Source: Promethearchaeota archaeon
GTDB taxonomy: Archaea > Asgardarchaeota > Lokiarchaeia > Sigyniarchaeales > SOKP01
Length of the DNA stretch: 64,000 bases
Direction: 5' to 3'
NCBI GenBank assembly: GCA_019058365.1
Contig: JAHPZE010000024.1
Span: 1-64,000 of the forward strand
Shown: in pieces, positions 1-11,500 of the stretch
How positions within the stretch are numbered: the first letter of the stretch is position 1
How the letters are laid out: each line of letters opens with the position of its first letter
Position numbers and translations under genes: made by a program
Notes under the pieces: model-generated
Told to the model about the DNA's origin: nothing
The model's database searches: none
Seen by the model: the letters and a program-made list of their open reading frames with translations, nothing else

Positions 1-168
1 CAAAACCCACAAGCTATAAATATTTTTGTCGATGAAGGGAAATTAAAAATTATCATTTTAACTAAAAAATTATTTATTAAAGAAGATTAAGTTGTAAATG
101 TATCAGTCTTCTGTTTTAGAATTTGGTCTTTCTATAATAAAACTCTCAAAATATATCTAAAAGAAAGA

Positions 169-2511
169 TTATCTATTAATAAAAGACATTGAAAGGCTTT
201 CATTGAGTTTATCAAGATTTATTTTTAAATCTTTAATAAGGGGATTAACATCTTGAGCTAGATTTGGATCCATCTTAATAGCTTTTTCTAGGTATTGAAT
301 CGCATTGTTATAATCTTTTTTATCGAAATAAGCACATCCCATAAAAAACCATGCTTTTGCGAATTCTGGGTTTATTTCAGTTGCTTTAGTATAATTAGAA
401 ATCGAGTTATCAAATTCTTTTTTTAGTTTATACACATTCCCGAGATTATACCAACCATCTGCAAAACTAGAATTAATTTCCACTGCTTTACTTAAATTTA
501 TGAGGGCATTTTCATAATCTTCCTTTGCTTCATACGCTAATCCCATTGAATTCCAAGAATTTTTATGATTTTTATCAAAATCAACGGCTCTTTGAAAATT
601 TTCGATTGCCACATCATATTTTTTCTTATGACTATAAGCGAGTCCTATATGATAATATGCCTCAACAAATATCTCATCAAGGTCTAAAGCTCTTTTACAA
701 TTTTCAATGGCATTATCATAATTCTTATTTTCAATTTCTAATTTCGCTCTATTAATAAGTTCATTTTTATAAGACCTTTTTATTAAATCTTTATTTTTAA
801 CATCTGCTGATTCCATCAATTCATTGACTTTTAACGCTTTTTCATAGAATTTGAAGGCATCATCGTATTTTTTTAAATCGGCGAGCTGATTTCCCTGTTC
901 GATTAACAACTTGATTTCTTCAGAATGAACATCATCAATTAATTTTTTAATTTTACTCATTTCTGCAGCTCTTCGACCCGGATCGTCAATAGATTGAGCA
1001 TAATCTAAACGTTTTTTGAGTTTTTCGATCTCTTTTTCTTTTAGTTTTTGCTCTTCTGTTAGTTCCCCCTTTCCAACTAACTGTTTTACTTCGGTCTCAT
1101 ATATTAAACTTTTTATCAAAGCTACTTCTTTTTCCATTTCATTTGTCAAGTACATTTTATTGGTCATCGTTAATGCGTCATTGTAAGCCTTTATTGCTTT
1201 TTCATAATCTTTTTGTTCTACTAATTTACTTCCTTTATTTACAACTTCTGTGACTTCAGCAGAATAAACCTTGTTGACTAAATTTTTAAGATTTTCCAAC
1301 TCTGGATTTTCTTCTTCAGGATATACCATTCTTTTAGCTAGACTTAAAGCAATATATAAATCACTTATTGCTTCATCATATTTCTTTTGAACAATAAATT
1401 GAATAGAATTATTTTTGATTACGTTTATTCCAGAAGTACAAGCATTATTGATTAGATTGCTGATTTCCTTGATTTTTATTTCTTTTCTTTCTGAAGATAC
1501 CATAGTATGAGCAATATCAAGAGCTTGTTGGAATAAATCAACCGCTTCATTAATGGAATTTACTGACTCTTCAAATTTTTGTTGTTGTGTTATATATCTT
1601 CCTTTTTCTACTAATGGCTTAATGCGTTCAAGATAAATTGGATTTAAAACTTCGGCAATTAAACTAATTTCAAGGTTTTTAAGATCTGAATCATACATTT
1701 TGGTTATTAAAGACACAGCATTCTGAAGTTCAGAATTAGCTTGTTCAGTTAAGTTTTGGTTTATTAAATCTTTACCTTTCTCTACTAAAGGCTTAATTTG
1801 ATTAGAATATATTTCATTAATCAAATTTTTAATAGTAATAATTTGTGATTTCTTTTCTCCTGGATCAGAGAATGTTTCAATAGTTTGCAATGCAGTTTCA
1901 AATTTTTTAATGGCATCATCAATATAACCGTCTTGTTTGAACTTTTTGCCTTGTTCAACAATTTCATCGATTTGAGAATCATAAATTATCGTAATCTCTT
2001 TTTTAATTCTGGATAAAGCTTCAGGTTTAAAATCTGAATCATATGTATTCTCTGCAATTTCAAGTCCCTTTTTAAATATTTCAACAGCTTCATCTAGATT
2101 ATTCTGATTCTTTAATTCAAGTCCTCTTACTAATAACTTTTCAATTTCATTTTCACCAATTAGTTTATTAATTTCATCTTTTTCGGCTTTTTGAAGATCA
2201 AGATCATCTATATTATCACAAACTTGAAGAGCATTTTGAAACTCATCTTTCGCTTTATCAAATTTTTTTTGTGCTGTCAAATGTATCGCTTGTGTGACTA
2301 TACCATCAACTTGAACAGAATAAGTTTGATTAATCGCATCTTTTATATTTTCAATTTCTGTATTTTTATCTTCTGGGTCTTTAACTTTATCACTAATAAA
2401 ATATAATGCTTCTTGAAACTTTTGAATTGCTTTCTGGAATTTATTTTGATCTTTTAAAGCATTAGCTTCTTCAATTATTAGATTTAATTTTTTCAAAAGT
2501 GATGCTTTCAT
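169..2511 (-). CDS. Tetratricopeptide-repeat (TPR) protein
   Basis: 780-aa ORF; canonical TPRs at C-terminus (AYYHIGLAY, SWNSMGLAY, GWYNLGNVY, AWFFMGCAY) and long helical TPR-like repeats N-terminally. Confidence 0.9.
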   Translation of the reverse strand: MKASLLKKLNLIIEEANALKDQNKFQKAIQKFQEALYFISDKVKDPEDKNTEIENIKDAINQTYSVQVDGIVTQAIHLTAQKKFDKAKDEFQNALQVCDNIDDLDLQKAEKDEINKLIGENEIEKLLVRGLELKNQNNLDEAVEIFKKGLEIAENTYDSDFKPEALSRIKKEITIIYDSQIDEIVEQGKKFKQDGYIDDAIKKFETALQTIETFSDPGEKKSQIITIKNLINEIYSNQIKPLVEKGKDLINQNLTEQANSELQNAVSLITKMYDSDLKNLEISLIAEVLNPIYLERIKPLVEKGRYITQQQKFEESVNSINEAVDLFQQALDIAHTMVSSERKEIKIKEISNLINNACTSGINVIKNNSIQFIVQKKYDEAISDLYIALSLAKRMVYPEEENPELENLKNLVNKVYSAEVTEVVNKGSKLVEQKDYEKAIKAYNDALTMTNKMYLTNEMEKEVALIKSLIYETEVKQLVGKGELTEEQKLKEKEIEKLKKRLDYAQSIDDPGRRAAEMSKIKKLIDDVHSEEIKLLIEQGNQLADLKKYDDAFKFYEKALKVNELMESADVKNKDLIKRSYKNELINRAKLEIENKNYDNAIENCKRALDLDEIFVEAYYHIGLAYSHKKKYDVAIENFQRAVDFDKNHKNSWNSMGLAYEAKEDYENALINLSKAVEINSSFADGWYNLGNVYKLKKEFDNSISNYTKATEINPEFAKAWFFMGCAYFDKKDYNNAIQYLEKAIKMDPNLAQDVNPLIKDLKINLDKLNESLSMSFINR

Positions 2512-2763
2512 TTTTAAATTTCACGTTTTTCCCTATTGATTAATCCTAAGAATTATTTCATATTTTTAATATTTTTCTTATAATATTTTTATTTTTTAAA
2601 ATGCTTGCAAATAATATCATACTAAAATAATAAAAGCTTCTAAAATAAGGAAATTGCTAAGAACAAAACTATAGAATTGAAACTTAGAAGAAAATAAAAA
2701 AATTTTATTTATTTTACAATTTTAGAAGTTATAATCTTCTTGAAAAAAGAGAGTTAATGTCAA

Positions 2764-4374
2764 ATGAGTATTTTTTATGGTGGGCCGATAATAACCATGA
2801 ATGATAAACACCCCCTAGTGAGTGCTGTTGGTGTTGAGGGTGAAAGAATTGTTGCTGTAGGCACTTTAGAAGTAGTTCAACAAAAAATAAATAATGTTCA
2901 GAATTTAATTGATTTAAAAGGAAAATCTCTCCTTCCAGGTTTTATCGATTGTCATATGCACCCTATGTCATTAGTTTTTTTTTCAATAAATCTAGATCTT
3001 TTTTCTGTTGAAAGCTTAAAACAATTACAAGAAATTTTAAGAGAAACGGCAAAAAGGAAAGGTAAAGGAGAATTTATACTTGGTTTGCGTTTAAATGAAG
3101 AGAATTTTAAAAATCCAGTGTTGCCATCAAGATGGGATTTGGATGATGCATGTCCTGAGAATCCTGTATTCCTTTTAAGATATGATTCTCATATTGGCGT
3201 TGCTAATTCAAAAGCATTGAAATTAGTCGAGATTGACATTAATACAAAAATATCAGAAGGAGGGGAAATCCGAATTAATGAAAAAGGAGAATTAACAGGT
3301 ATAATCTCTGAAAATGCTTTAACTTTAGTTTATTCTAAGATTGACAAGTATGTCATTCCTGAATTAAAACTTTTTCAAGAAAGTACTGAAAAAGCCTTTA
3401 AAATATTAGCTGAAAAAGGTATTACTTCTATTCATGGAATTATTCAGTTTGGTAAAACTCGTGAAAGTGGAAGTCTTGGACCTATTGAGACTCCTCTTTT
3501 TAGATCTGTCCAAGAGAAAATATTCCAGAACTGGTATGGTCTTATAGCCACTGATAAGCCAAAAAAAATAATCAAAATTAAACAACCCCCTTTAGACGGA
3601 GGTAAAGAAGATAGCAAATTCAAAGTTGGATGCCTAAAATTATTCCTCGATGGTACATTTGGAGCTAAAACTGCTTGTATGTGGGAACCTTTTTCAGACG
3701 CACCTGATATGTGCGGATTTTGCGTAATAGATGAAGATGAAATCTATGAAAAGATGAGAGATGCTCATAACAATGGATTGCAAATAGCTATTCATGTAAT
3801 TGGAGATAAAGGTAATAGAGTCTGTGTAAACCTATATAAAAAACTTTTAGACGAATTTCCGAGAAAAGATCATAGACATAGAATTGAACATGCCTCGATG
3901 TTAACTGATGATGTTATAGAAGATATGAATAGGTATGAAATTATCGCATCATGTCAACCTCCTTTCATAAATTCAGAATATAAATGGCTTGAGAAAAGAT
4001 TGGGAAAAGAAAGATGTAAGTATACATATCCTATGAAATCAATAATAGAAGGTGGAGTTGTTCTTATATCCGGAAGTGACGCGCCAATCGAAGATCCTAA
4101 CCCTATTTTAGGGCTCCACGCATTAGTAAACAGAAATGGATTTGTTCCTGAGCAGTGTATCTCCATGAAAGAGGCGTTAAAGACATATACAATCAATGCT
4201 GCTTATGGGGCATTCGAAGAAAAAGTTAAAGGAAGTATTGAAGTTGGAAAATTAGCAGATTTTGTTATTTTGGATAGAAATCCTCTTGAAGTACCAAAAG
4301 ATAAAATTAAGGATATTCAAATTCTCGAAACAATAATAAGGGGAAAGACAGTTTATAAGAAAAATTATGAATAG
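2764..4374 (+). CDS. YtcJ-like amidohydrolase (Amidohydro_3)
   Basis: LPGFIDCHMH, KLFLDG, IAIHVIGD, HRIEHAS, GSDAP, GSIEVGKLADFVILD motifs. Confidence 0.92.
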   Translation: MSIFYGGPIITMNDKHPLVSAVGVEGERIVAVGTLEVVQQKINNVQNLIDLKGKSLLPGFIDCHMHPMSLVFFSINLDLFSVESLKQLQEILRETAKRKGKGEFILGLRLNEENFKNPVLPSRWDLDDACPENPVFLLRYDSHIGVANSKALKLVEIDINTKISEGGEIRINEKGELTGIISENALTLVYSKIDKYVIPELKLFQESTEKAFKILAEKGITSIHGIIQFGKTRESGSLGPIETPLFRSVQEKIFQNWYGLIATDKPKKIIKIKQPPLDGGKEDSKFKVGCLKLFLDGTFGAKTACMWEPFSDAPDMCGFCVIDEDEIYEKMRDAHNNGLQIAIHVIGDKGNRVCVNLYKKLLDEFPRKDHRHRIEHASMLTDDVIEDMNRYEIIASCQPPFINSEYKWLEKRLGKERCKYTYPMKSIIEGGVVLISGSDAPIEDPNPILGLHALVNRNGFVPEQCISMKEALKTYTINAAYGAFEEKVKGSIEVGKLADFVILDRNPLEVPKDKIKDIQILETIIRGKTVYKKNYE

Positions 4375-4415
4375 AATTTATTATCCTAAAATTATGTTAT
4401 AGAAAATATCTAATT

Positions 4416-5579
4416 TTAGTCGGTAAAATAAAGATGTTCATCAAAACCAGTCTCAGCTACCAAGTCTGTAGCTAGTTTTTGAATTGCATTCTTAGAGGGA
4501 TTTTGTAATAATCGTCTAGAGATATTTATTACTTGTGTTAATTTAACATCTGGAAATTCTCGTATAATATTATCATAACGAGAGAAATCTATTCCCGCGG
4601 TATAAACTCCAGCTTGATCATGACCAGCCTGTGATGATACTTGCCAATGTTCTACTTTCAGTTCAATTTTGGACAAGAGATTTGAGCAGAAGAACCATTC
4701 TAGATAAAGATTCATTCTTTTTGATTTTCTTTTTGTATCTTTTAACATTTTGTAAGCTTTATTTAACCTATCCGGATGGATTTGGCGAAAAACTCTTTCA
4801 TAACTATCATTCATATTTTCTTTAACATGTGCTTTTATAAGTTCCATTATTTCATCGACTTTTTTTGCTCTTTCTCCCGTAATTTCATGTTCAATTGATG
4901 TTACATGTTGATCGATGGCATTTTGAGTTTGTTGGCTTCTATCAATAGAAGTAGATTGTGTTGTTGAAGCTTGTTGAACCCTTGATGGAGGAGTGTCCCT
5001 TGTTTGGATTTCTGTAGGTACACTTATAATTTCTTGAGGTGGTAATGTAAATAAGGTATCCAATTTGGAAGGATCTTGTCTTACTTCATTGAATTTCTCC
5101 TCTATCTCTTGAATATTATAACCAATTGATTGTAAATAAAATGCAGCACTAGCAAGCTGCTGTTCTAATGCAGATGATCCGCTGTAGGTGGGTCTAAATT
5201 CTTTTTCTATTTGTTCATCCGCAATTTGGCTAATATTTTCCTCTTTTATTTCGCTTGCTTTGAGCGAACCTAATTTAGTGAGGATATATTGGATTTGATT
5301 AGGAGTGAGATAACTTAAATTTCCCGTTGGTCCGATCATATGAGAAATTTTTTCCATTTTTCTAAGTATTTCCGCAATATCTTCTTGACTTCTTCCTTTT
5401 GATATTATTAAGAAGTGTTCTAAGAAATTTTTATCGAATCCCGCAATTATACTAAGATATTTTTCGTCATAGCTATTAAGATGCTCATGTAATTGATTTC
5501 CGCGAAAATCGGTGGGTAAATTAATCTGATATACCATAATATTATCAGTTATCATATAAATGTAGTCTGATTTTTGCAT
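4416..5579 (-). CDS. Hypothetical protein with central Q/S/T-rich linker
   Basis: 387-aa ORF, no recognisable motif. Confidence 0.75.
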   Translation of the reverse strand: MQKSDYIYMITDNIMVYQINLPTDFRGNQLHEHLNSYDEKYLSIIAGFDKNFLEHFLIISKGRSQEDIAEILRKMEKISHMIGPTGNLSYLTPNQIQYILTKLGSLKASEIKEENISQIADEQIEKEFRPTYSGSSALEQQLASAAFYLQSIGYNIQEIEEKFNEVRQDPSKLDTLFTLPPQEIISVPTEIQTRDTPPSRVQQASTTQSTSIDRSQQTQNAIDQHVTSIEHEITGERAKKVDEIMELIKAHVKENMNDSYERVFRQIHPDRLNKAYKMLKDTKRKSKRMNLYLEWFFCSNLLSKIELKVEHWQVSSQAGHDQAGVYTAGIDFSRYDNIIREFPDVKLTQVINISRRLLQNPSKNAIQKLATDLVAETGFDEHLYFTD

Positions 5580-5662
5580 AAGTATCTAATAATAAATACG
5601 ATATGGCAATTAAAAATTATAATCTTAATAATAAAATAAATTCTATTCTTATATACTTTACA

Positions 5663-6154
5663 TTAATGACACTTTCGATACTTTTTAGCTATTTTTCGCG
5701 CTAATTCCATTTGTTCCTTTGTTTCTAAGGAACACGGTCTTAGTTTTCGAATCCATTTTACTGGATCTAATCCATTTGGAATATAACCATTAAAAGCAGC
5801 CCATGCTACGATCATTATACCTGTTCTTCCACAACCTGCTACGCAATGTACAACAATTGGATCTCTGTTCGCTCCACACTTACGTGTAATCTCGAGGAAT
5901 TTTTCTAATTGAGGATCTGTTGGAGTTCCAAAATCAGGTATGTTTATGTGAAAATAATGAAACGTATTTGGGAGATCTTTTCGATAGTCGAATTCCGAAC
6001 AATTTATAATAGCTTTTATACCCTCCCTTTTATATTGCTCAAATAAGAGTGTATCTGGCCACCATGATGCGGCAATTTTTCCCTTCACAATCCAAGTAAA
6101 TGGTACAGTTTTTTCGGGCATTCCTTCTTTTGGCCAATACCAAGGATGAACCAT
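5663..6154 (-). CDS. Dual-specificity protein phosphatase (PTP/DSP, CX5R)
   Basis: VVHCVAGCGRTG signature, IPDFGTP general-acid loop, IRKLRP...ETKEQ. Confidence 0.92.
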   Translation of the reverse strand: MVHPWYWPKEGMPEKTVPFTWIVKGKIAASWWPDTLLFEQYKREGIKAIINCSEFDYRKDLPNTFHYFHINIPDFGTPTDPQLEKFLEITRKCGANRDPIVVHCVAGCGRTGIMIVAWAAFNGYIPNGLDPVKWIRKLRPCSLETKEQMELARKIAKKYRKCH

Positions 6155-6235
6155 AGATGAACTTATATTAATATTTATAATTATGTTAGCAATTAAGAAG
6201 TAACATTTTAAAAATTTATTTAGATTTAGATATGT

Positions 6236-6766
6236 ATGAATCTTTGGAAAGATGTTCCCTCTGGAGATAATCCGCCAATTACTCTAAATGCAGTTATCGA
6301 AGTTATTAGTGGTTCAAGAGATAAATATGAGTATAACTCTGAATGGGAAGTTTTTGTATTAGATCGAGTTATTCCCTCCTCTGTTATTTTTCCTGTTGAG
6401 TATGGTTTTATCCCTCAGACTTGGTCAGATGATGGTGATCCTTTAGATATAATGGTATTGAGTTATGAACCGCTCGAAGTGGGGTGTGTTGTAAAAGTGC
6501 GAGTTATTGGTGCGTTAATTATCGAAGATGAACATGGAGATGACCCAAAAATTCTTTCTGTTATAGTTAATGATCCGAGATTTAGTGGATATAATGATAT
6601 TCAAGATATACATGGCCACAAACTTAAAGAAATTCAAGAATTCTATGAGACATATAAAAGATTAGAGCCACATAAATGGGTTAAATTTAAGGAATGGAAA
6701 GGAGCCAATGATGCCCAAAAAATTGTTGATTATTCTCTCAACCTATTTAAAAATAAAAGATTTTAG
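6236..6766 (+). CDS. ppa: Family I inorganic pyrophosphatase
   Basis: KYEY, YGFIPQT, DGDPLD motifs. Confidence 0.96.
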   Translation: MNLWKDVPSGDNPPITLNAVIEVISGSRDKYEYNSEWEVFVLDRVIPSSVIFPVEYGFIPQTWSDDGDPLDIMVLSYEPLEVGCVVKVRVIGALIIEDEHGDDPKILSVIVNDPRFSGYNDIQDIHGHKLKEIQEFYETYKRLEPHKWVKFKEWKGANDAQKIVDYSLNLFKNKRF

Positions 6767-6808
6767 CTAAAACTGATTAAATAAAAAAAAAGTAATAACT
6801 AAATATAA

Positions 6809-8356
6809 TTATTTTGTTATAAGTATTGTTTTCCATTTTTTAAGCATTACAATAGAAATGCTTAATCCCGCTAATATTATAAAGAATATACTATATCCTG
6901 GGATCTCTCCTCCTCCTGCTGATGGAATGTCTACAATAATCTTAATACAGTTAGACAGAGTTAAACCATAATCATTTTTTGCAGCAGCAATAAAATAATA
7001 TTCTCCCGAAGTATATCCACTTAGCTGCTTGGTCATATTTGTGGTTTCTAATGCAATGGGTGTTAAACTACCATTAATTTCAGTAATGTAGCTTGAGTAT
7101 TCATAGATAGAATAATTATCTGCTCCCGAAGAGTCTGTCCATAGAAGATCAAAAATACCATCAGTATCCGGATTAGTTGCGTTTGTTGATAGAGTAAAAG
7201 AATATGGAAGCAGATATCCAAATACAGCATTAGTATCTTGCAACATTAAAGAATAATTTCCCATTCCAGACCCCCAAAAAAATGTCCCATTTAATAAAAT
7301 TCCTGAATACTTTTCATACCACACTAATCCCCCGAAACCATCCAGATCTTCAAGTTCCCAAATGCTAATAGGTCCAAATCCGGGAAACTCTGAATTAATG
7401 CTCTTTTTAACCTCGAAAATATGATCTCCTTCTCCATCAACAGCAATAGGCACATTAGATCCTAATGACACGTTAGTAAATATCCAAAATGGAGTATATA
7501 AACCTGGAAAGAAACTCATTCCAGTACCTGCGTCATTACTCATAATTCTAGTTGTGGCATCATCAGTCCAGTTATCAACACCTATCGAAGTTAAATCTGA
7601 AGTGCAATTGTATATATTAACTGAATATCCTGTATACTGAATTTTTAAAGGGAGACTTGTAGTCCCTCCAGACACTATATAATCCATATATAATCCATCC
7701 AATAATCCCGATAGAGGTGCCACATTGCTAAAAACAACATTGGTATTAAAAAATTCAAATATATAATAGCCAATCCCATAGATAAAGTATCCTTTAATTA
7801 AAATTCCAGTACTCTTTTCATACCATGCAATTCCTCCGGGTAAAGTCAAGTCTTCCACCTGCCAGACTTCAACAGATCCAAATCCAGGAATATTAAAAAT
7901 TTTTTGTTTTGTTATATTAAATATATGGTCTCCCTCGCCATCTACTACAATTGGTATAAGGTCGTAAAGAGTAACATTTGTAAAAATCCAAATTGGGGCA
8001 TGTGATCCATCAGTAAAGGTAATTGGTCCACTTGACATACTAATTTGGCGAGTTGTTTCATCCTCAACCCATCTACTAAGTCCCACACCGCTAAACCAAC
8101 TCAATACATTAAAATTGTTACCAGAATCGTATTCATAGCTGAATCCTGAATTATATTGTGTACCCGAAGCATAAAATGTATAATTTACGACCATACCATC
8201 AAATATTTCTGCTTGAGAACTTTTTACGTTTTTTGGTACTTCTATAATAATTCGAGGATTACACTTCAGAATAGTGAAACTTGAAATCAACGGAAGGAAA
8301 AAAAGAACGATTATTAGCCCTAAAGCTAATTTAGCTTTCAAATTAATTTTTTTCAT
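6809..8356 (-). CDS. Secreted surface protein with duplicated domain, FN3-like domain and C-terminal PGY-TM-basic (Loki-CTERM-like) anchor
   Basis: N-terminal signal/TM; two copies of a domain (WIFTNV...DGEGDH...WYEK..GIL); C-terminus GGGEIPGY + hydrophobic helix + KKWK. Confidence 0.85.
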   Translation of the reverse strand: MKKINLKAKLALGLIIVLFFLPLISSFTILKCNPRIIIEVPKNVKSSQAEIFDGMVVNYTFYASGTQYNSGFSYEYDSGNNFNVLSWFSGVGLSRWVEDETTRQISMSSGPITFTDGSHAPIWIFTNVTLYDLIPIVVDGEGDHIFNITKQKIFNIPGFGSVEVWQVEDLTLPGGIAWYEKSTGILIKGYFIYGIGYYIFEFFNTNVVFSNVAPLSGLLDGLYMDYIVSGGTTSLPLKIQYTGYSVNIYNCTSDLTSIGVDNWTDDATTRIMSNDAGTGMSFFPGLYTPFWIFTNVSLGSNVPIAVDGEGDHIFEVKKSINSEFPGFGPISIWELEDLDGFGGLVWYEKYSGILLNGTFFWGSGMGNYSLMLQDTNAVFGYLLPYSFTLSTNATNPDTDGIFDLLWTDSSGADNYSIYEYSSYITEINGSLTPIALETTNMTKQLSGYTSGEYYFIAAAKNDYGLTLSNCIKIIVDIPSAGGGEIPGYSIFFIILAGLSISIVMLKKWKTILITK

Positions 8357-8497
8357 GATATTATAACTTTATTTTATTGTGATTTCTTTTTTGTAGAAAT
8401 TTGTTAATATTAGAATTAAAGGAGACTTCATTATATAATATCTTGTTTACATAAAAGTCAAATTTCACAAAAATGGACGTGAATAGGCAGCTTTTAT

Positions 8498-8581
8498 GAA
8501 TTTAAAGAATGGAAAAAGCTTAAGAATGCCAAAGAAATAGTTGATTATTCTCTAAACCTATTTAAAAATAAAATGTTGTAA
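8498..8581 (+). pseudogene. Orphan duplicate of the ppa 3' end
   Basis: Translates EFKEWKKLKNAKEIVDYSLNLFKNKML*, gapless against ppa KFKEWKGANDAQKIVDYSLNLFKNKRF* (6683-6766). Confidence 0.9.
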
Positions 8582-8593
8582 TATAAAAAATAT

Positions 8594-11500
8594 TTAATAA
8601 ATATTCTTTATTTTTTTGGATATTCTGTTCCTCAAGAGGATTATAGTTATCGCTAACGTTCCGATAATAAATAGTAGTTCATAGCCGGGTATTCCACCTC
8701 CTCCTCCATCGTATAGTATAACCACTGAAATGCAGTTTGAAAGCGTTTCTCCGAGATCATTATAAGCTACTACGATAAAATAATATCTTCCATTACTATA
8801 CCCACTCAAGAGAAGCTCTTGATCAGTAGTTTCTTCTACTACAAGTATTACACTTTCATTAATTACTGTTATATAATTGGTATGTATAAACAAACTATAA
8901 TTATTTGCTCCATTAGATTCAGTCCAAAAGAGATTAAATGCACCATCGCTGTCATATGGGATATCTGCATCAGAACTTAAATCAAATGGTTCAGGGGGGT
9001 GAGGTATATCTACCGTAACTTCTATACAATTTGATTTTGTGTCACCATAACTATTATGGGCAACAACTATGAAATAATAGATCCCATTAGAGTATCCGCT
9101 TAGAGGAACCAGCATATCAGTTGTTTCTTCTATTAGAAGAGTCACTTCTTCGTCAATCTCATAAATATAACTAGAATGCCTATATAAAGAATAATTAATT
9201 ACCCCTTGAGAATCACTCCACCATAAATTAAAGGATCCATCATCATCAGGGCTTTCAGCATCAGTTTGTAGCTCAAATTCACTTGGAAACTTATTTTCTT
9301 TAAATAATACATTCGTATCTAAGAGTGTAAATGCATAACTGTAATTACCTCCATAATAATGGAACGTCCCATTTAAGAGAATTCCAGTACTTTGCTCATA
9401 CCAAGCTACAGTCTTAGGGTTAGCAGCATCACGCAATTCCCATATTCTAATATTGCCAAAAGTTGAGAAATTATATCCAAACTCATCAGTAACTATAAAG
9501 TCATAATCCCCCTCCCCATCCACAGAAATTAGCATATGATCATTTACGTGTACATTGGTAAATATCCAAAAAGGAGTATGAGAGTTGGACATGAATCCCG
9601 GCGAAACTACATTTGTCATTAATCTAGTCTTCACATTAATATCCCAATGCCCTTGCATTCCCATTATATCCCATGTAGTTTTGAAAAAATTCCCTGAATT
9701 AAAAGCATAACTTATATTTGAATCAAAGTTATAGACACCTTGGGTGAATAAATAATTCATATACATTCCATCGAATAAACTACATGATTCTACTGAAGGG
9801 CCAGAATAAGGGCCATTATTGGCTGTATAAGTCCCATCTGAACATGAGAAGTTGTAGGTGTAGATACAAGAATCATTAAGGATTGTACTGTAAATATAAA
9901 CACATCCATCCATAAAATCTGAATCTAGATAATTATTTTTAATCATGGGAAAAATTTGTGAGTTTATTTCAACATTCAAATATTCAGGAGCATTATTATC
10001 GAAATCTATATAAGTTACCATAAACGTAAAAATAGTTGCATCTTGATAACCTGTCTCTGGACTAACCCCACCATTAATCAACGAAGGTCCTACACTATTT
10101 GTTTTAGAAACGTTCAAGTCATTACGAACATCAATTATATCTGAATATTTGCCATCATCGCATTTAAAATAATACGAATAATTTAATGTAGAGGATGGTA
10201 AATAGGTATAAAATTGATATAAACATCCATCTGTATAATTATTGTCATTAAAATCTACTTTTGACATTGAATATCTAATAGTATTTATTATAACATCCAT
10301 TTTTATAGGATTATTATCATCTTGGTCTGAATAGATCACACTAAAGTTATAAAGAGTATTTTGGTAGCCAATTTTAGGAATCACATTGCCAGCGCTTAAT
10401 TTTGGAGCAAAATCATTAGGTTTTGCATGAAATAATATCGAAAACTCATCAGTCGAATCAGTAAAGTTTTGATATGAATTGTAAAACCTAGTATCTAAGC
10501 CAAAATTTAATCCACATGTATAAGTCGGAATGTAATCAAGATAATCATAGTTAAAAATAATTTCTCCAGACTCAAATAAAATAACTTCAAAGGTACCAAC
10601 TAATGGACCATAAAGAGAATCAAAATTTAACCATTCTATTACAACACAAGAAGGGGTAGTAACATTACGTACATATATATTACAAGGGGAATCTGAGATT
10701 AAATCACTCCAAAATGGAGCTATCATATATTCAAACTGATCTGTAGGAAAAGGAACCGACCAATACGCGGTTTCATATTCAAAACTTATAAAACCATTGG
10801 TACATATGTAGATAAAATCAAAAGTTTCATTATAAAATTTAAAATTGAAGGGTAAATTAAACCTCTGAGCCGCATCATCACGTCCATCCATTGAGCATCT
10901 TACTCCGCTAGTAGCATCGATCCAACTATAAGAATTATGTGCTATCATTGTATAGTTTATCATTTCATAAACCTCTGGACCTAAATAAGGGCCTAAACTG
11001 TCAGTATATGTACCATCTGAGCATTCAAAGGCATAAGTATATGTTCCTATTTCACTAATAGTAGTTTCATACATGTATGTGCATCCATCCATATAATTAG
11101 AATCAATATAGTCTTTTTTAATCATTGAAAATATCCCAAAATTGGATGTAATATTAATATATTCTGGTTGGTTGTTATCAGCATCTGTATATGTTACCGA
11201 ATATTCAAAAATATCAAGATCTTTTATTCCTTTATTTGGAATGACTTGACTATCGCTTAAAATTGAGGAATTTTCATTTGTTTTTTCAGATACTATTGGT
11301 CCAAAACTAAGACTTGTGTTAACAGAAAATTTGTAATCTGCTCCTTCAAAGGAATAGATATAGTTACCAGGCTGAAGGTAAGTTAAAAATTGGTAAGTAC
11401 ATCCATCTATATAGGTATCATCTAATATGTCTTCCTTTTCCATAGGAAATGATGTTCCATTAATTATTACATCTAAATAAACAGGAGGGTTATTATCTGC

